Shown: positions 17,380 to 17,563 of the stretch, piece after piece
Position numbering within the stretch: the first letter of the stretch is position 1
How the letters are laid out: each line of letters opens with the position of its first letter
Origin: Candidatus Altarchaeum sp.
GTDB lineage: Archaea; Altiarchaeota; Altiarchaeia; Altiarchaeales; Altiarchaeaceae
DNA length: 17,563 bases
Assembly: GCA_018260615.1 (NCBI GenBank)
Contig: JAGWDQ010000145.1
Coordinates: forward strand, 1 to 17,563
Direction: 5' to 3'
Program-made: the position numbers and the translations under genes
The notes under the pieces: model-generated
Told to the model about the DNA's origin: nothing
Seen by the model: only the letters and a program-made list of their open reading frames with translations
The model's database searches: none

Positions 17380-17465
17380 TTTTTGCCTCCGTATTTTTCA
17401 TATATTTTTTTAATATCTACCAACATATATTGTTTTATCTCTTTAAAATCATTACTCGCTAATAT
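17376..17465 (-). pseudogene. 3' remnant of an upstream gene apparently interrupted by an IS
   Basis: Frame ILASNDFKEIKQYMLVDIKKIYEKYGGKK* is open from the repeat junction (17467), and its TGA overlaps the ATPase ATG (ATGA, 17376-17379). Upstream, the frame runs into the repeat and hits a TAG inside the putative IS. Confidence 0.55.
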
Positions 17466-17467
17466 AC

Positions 17468-17563
17468 ATAGCGTCAAATAACCGTTGGAATTTCTGCACT
17501 GAGCTGATATATTTTTAATATTTTCTTGAGTAACACTTTTTCCCTATGCTTGTATTTTTCTTA
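17468..17563. mobile_element. Probable IS terminus extending off the right edge; terminal inverted repeat at 17468-17492
   Basis: 22/25 match to the reverse complement of 29-53; it abuts the truncated ORF. Confidence 0.6.

Noticed and set aside
29-17492. One giant inward-facing transposon carrying ATP synthase and the island
   Set aside because: There is no transposase inside, it would carry core genes, and the right repeat interrupts an ORF. Two separate outward-extending IS ends are more parsimonious.
1-17563. CRISPR array, tRNA/rRNA gene or integrase/att site
   Set aside because: I saw no regularly spaced repeats, cloverleaf-forming sequence or recombinase motif.

Overview
Archaeal genomic segment with almost all real genes on the minus strand; the very AT-rich spacers suggest a low-GC lineage, and Altiarchaeota is only a guess. 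The left third (213-6145) is housekeeping: a stand-alone atpF-atpA-atpB block of the A/V-type ATP synthase, a membrane-anchored sequon-rich hypothetical protein and a DUF4443-like wHTH protein. The right two-thirds (6256-17465) is a co-oriented defence island. In transcription order it holds: the 3' stub of a gene cut by an IS end, an SMC/Rad50-like ABC ATPase with a double-CxxC hook and degenerate signature, a SocA/YwgA(Panacea)-like wHTH protein, a 216-bp IS630 relic, a large Eco57I/type IIG-like N6-adenine methyltransferase, an XRE-HTH/ImmA(M78) peptidase plus DUF4411 PIN pair (RosmerTA-like), and a PLD-nuclease/SNF2-helicase fusion. Both window ends carry copies of the same 25-bp inverted repeat (22/25 identical), probably IS termini at contig breaks. 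The best candidates for an undescribed system are the ATGA-coupled [gene X]-SMC-wHTH module and the MTase/TA/PLD-SNF2 operon. All family assignments come from motifs read by eye; no searches were run.
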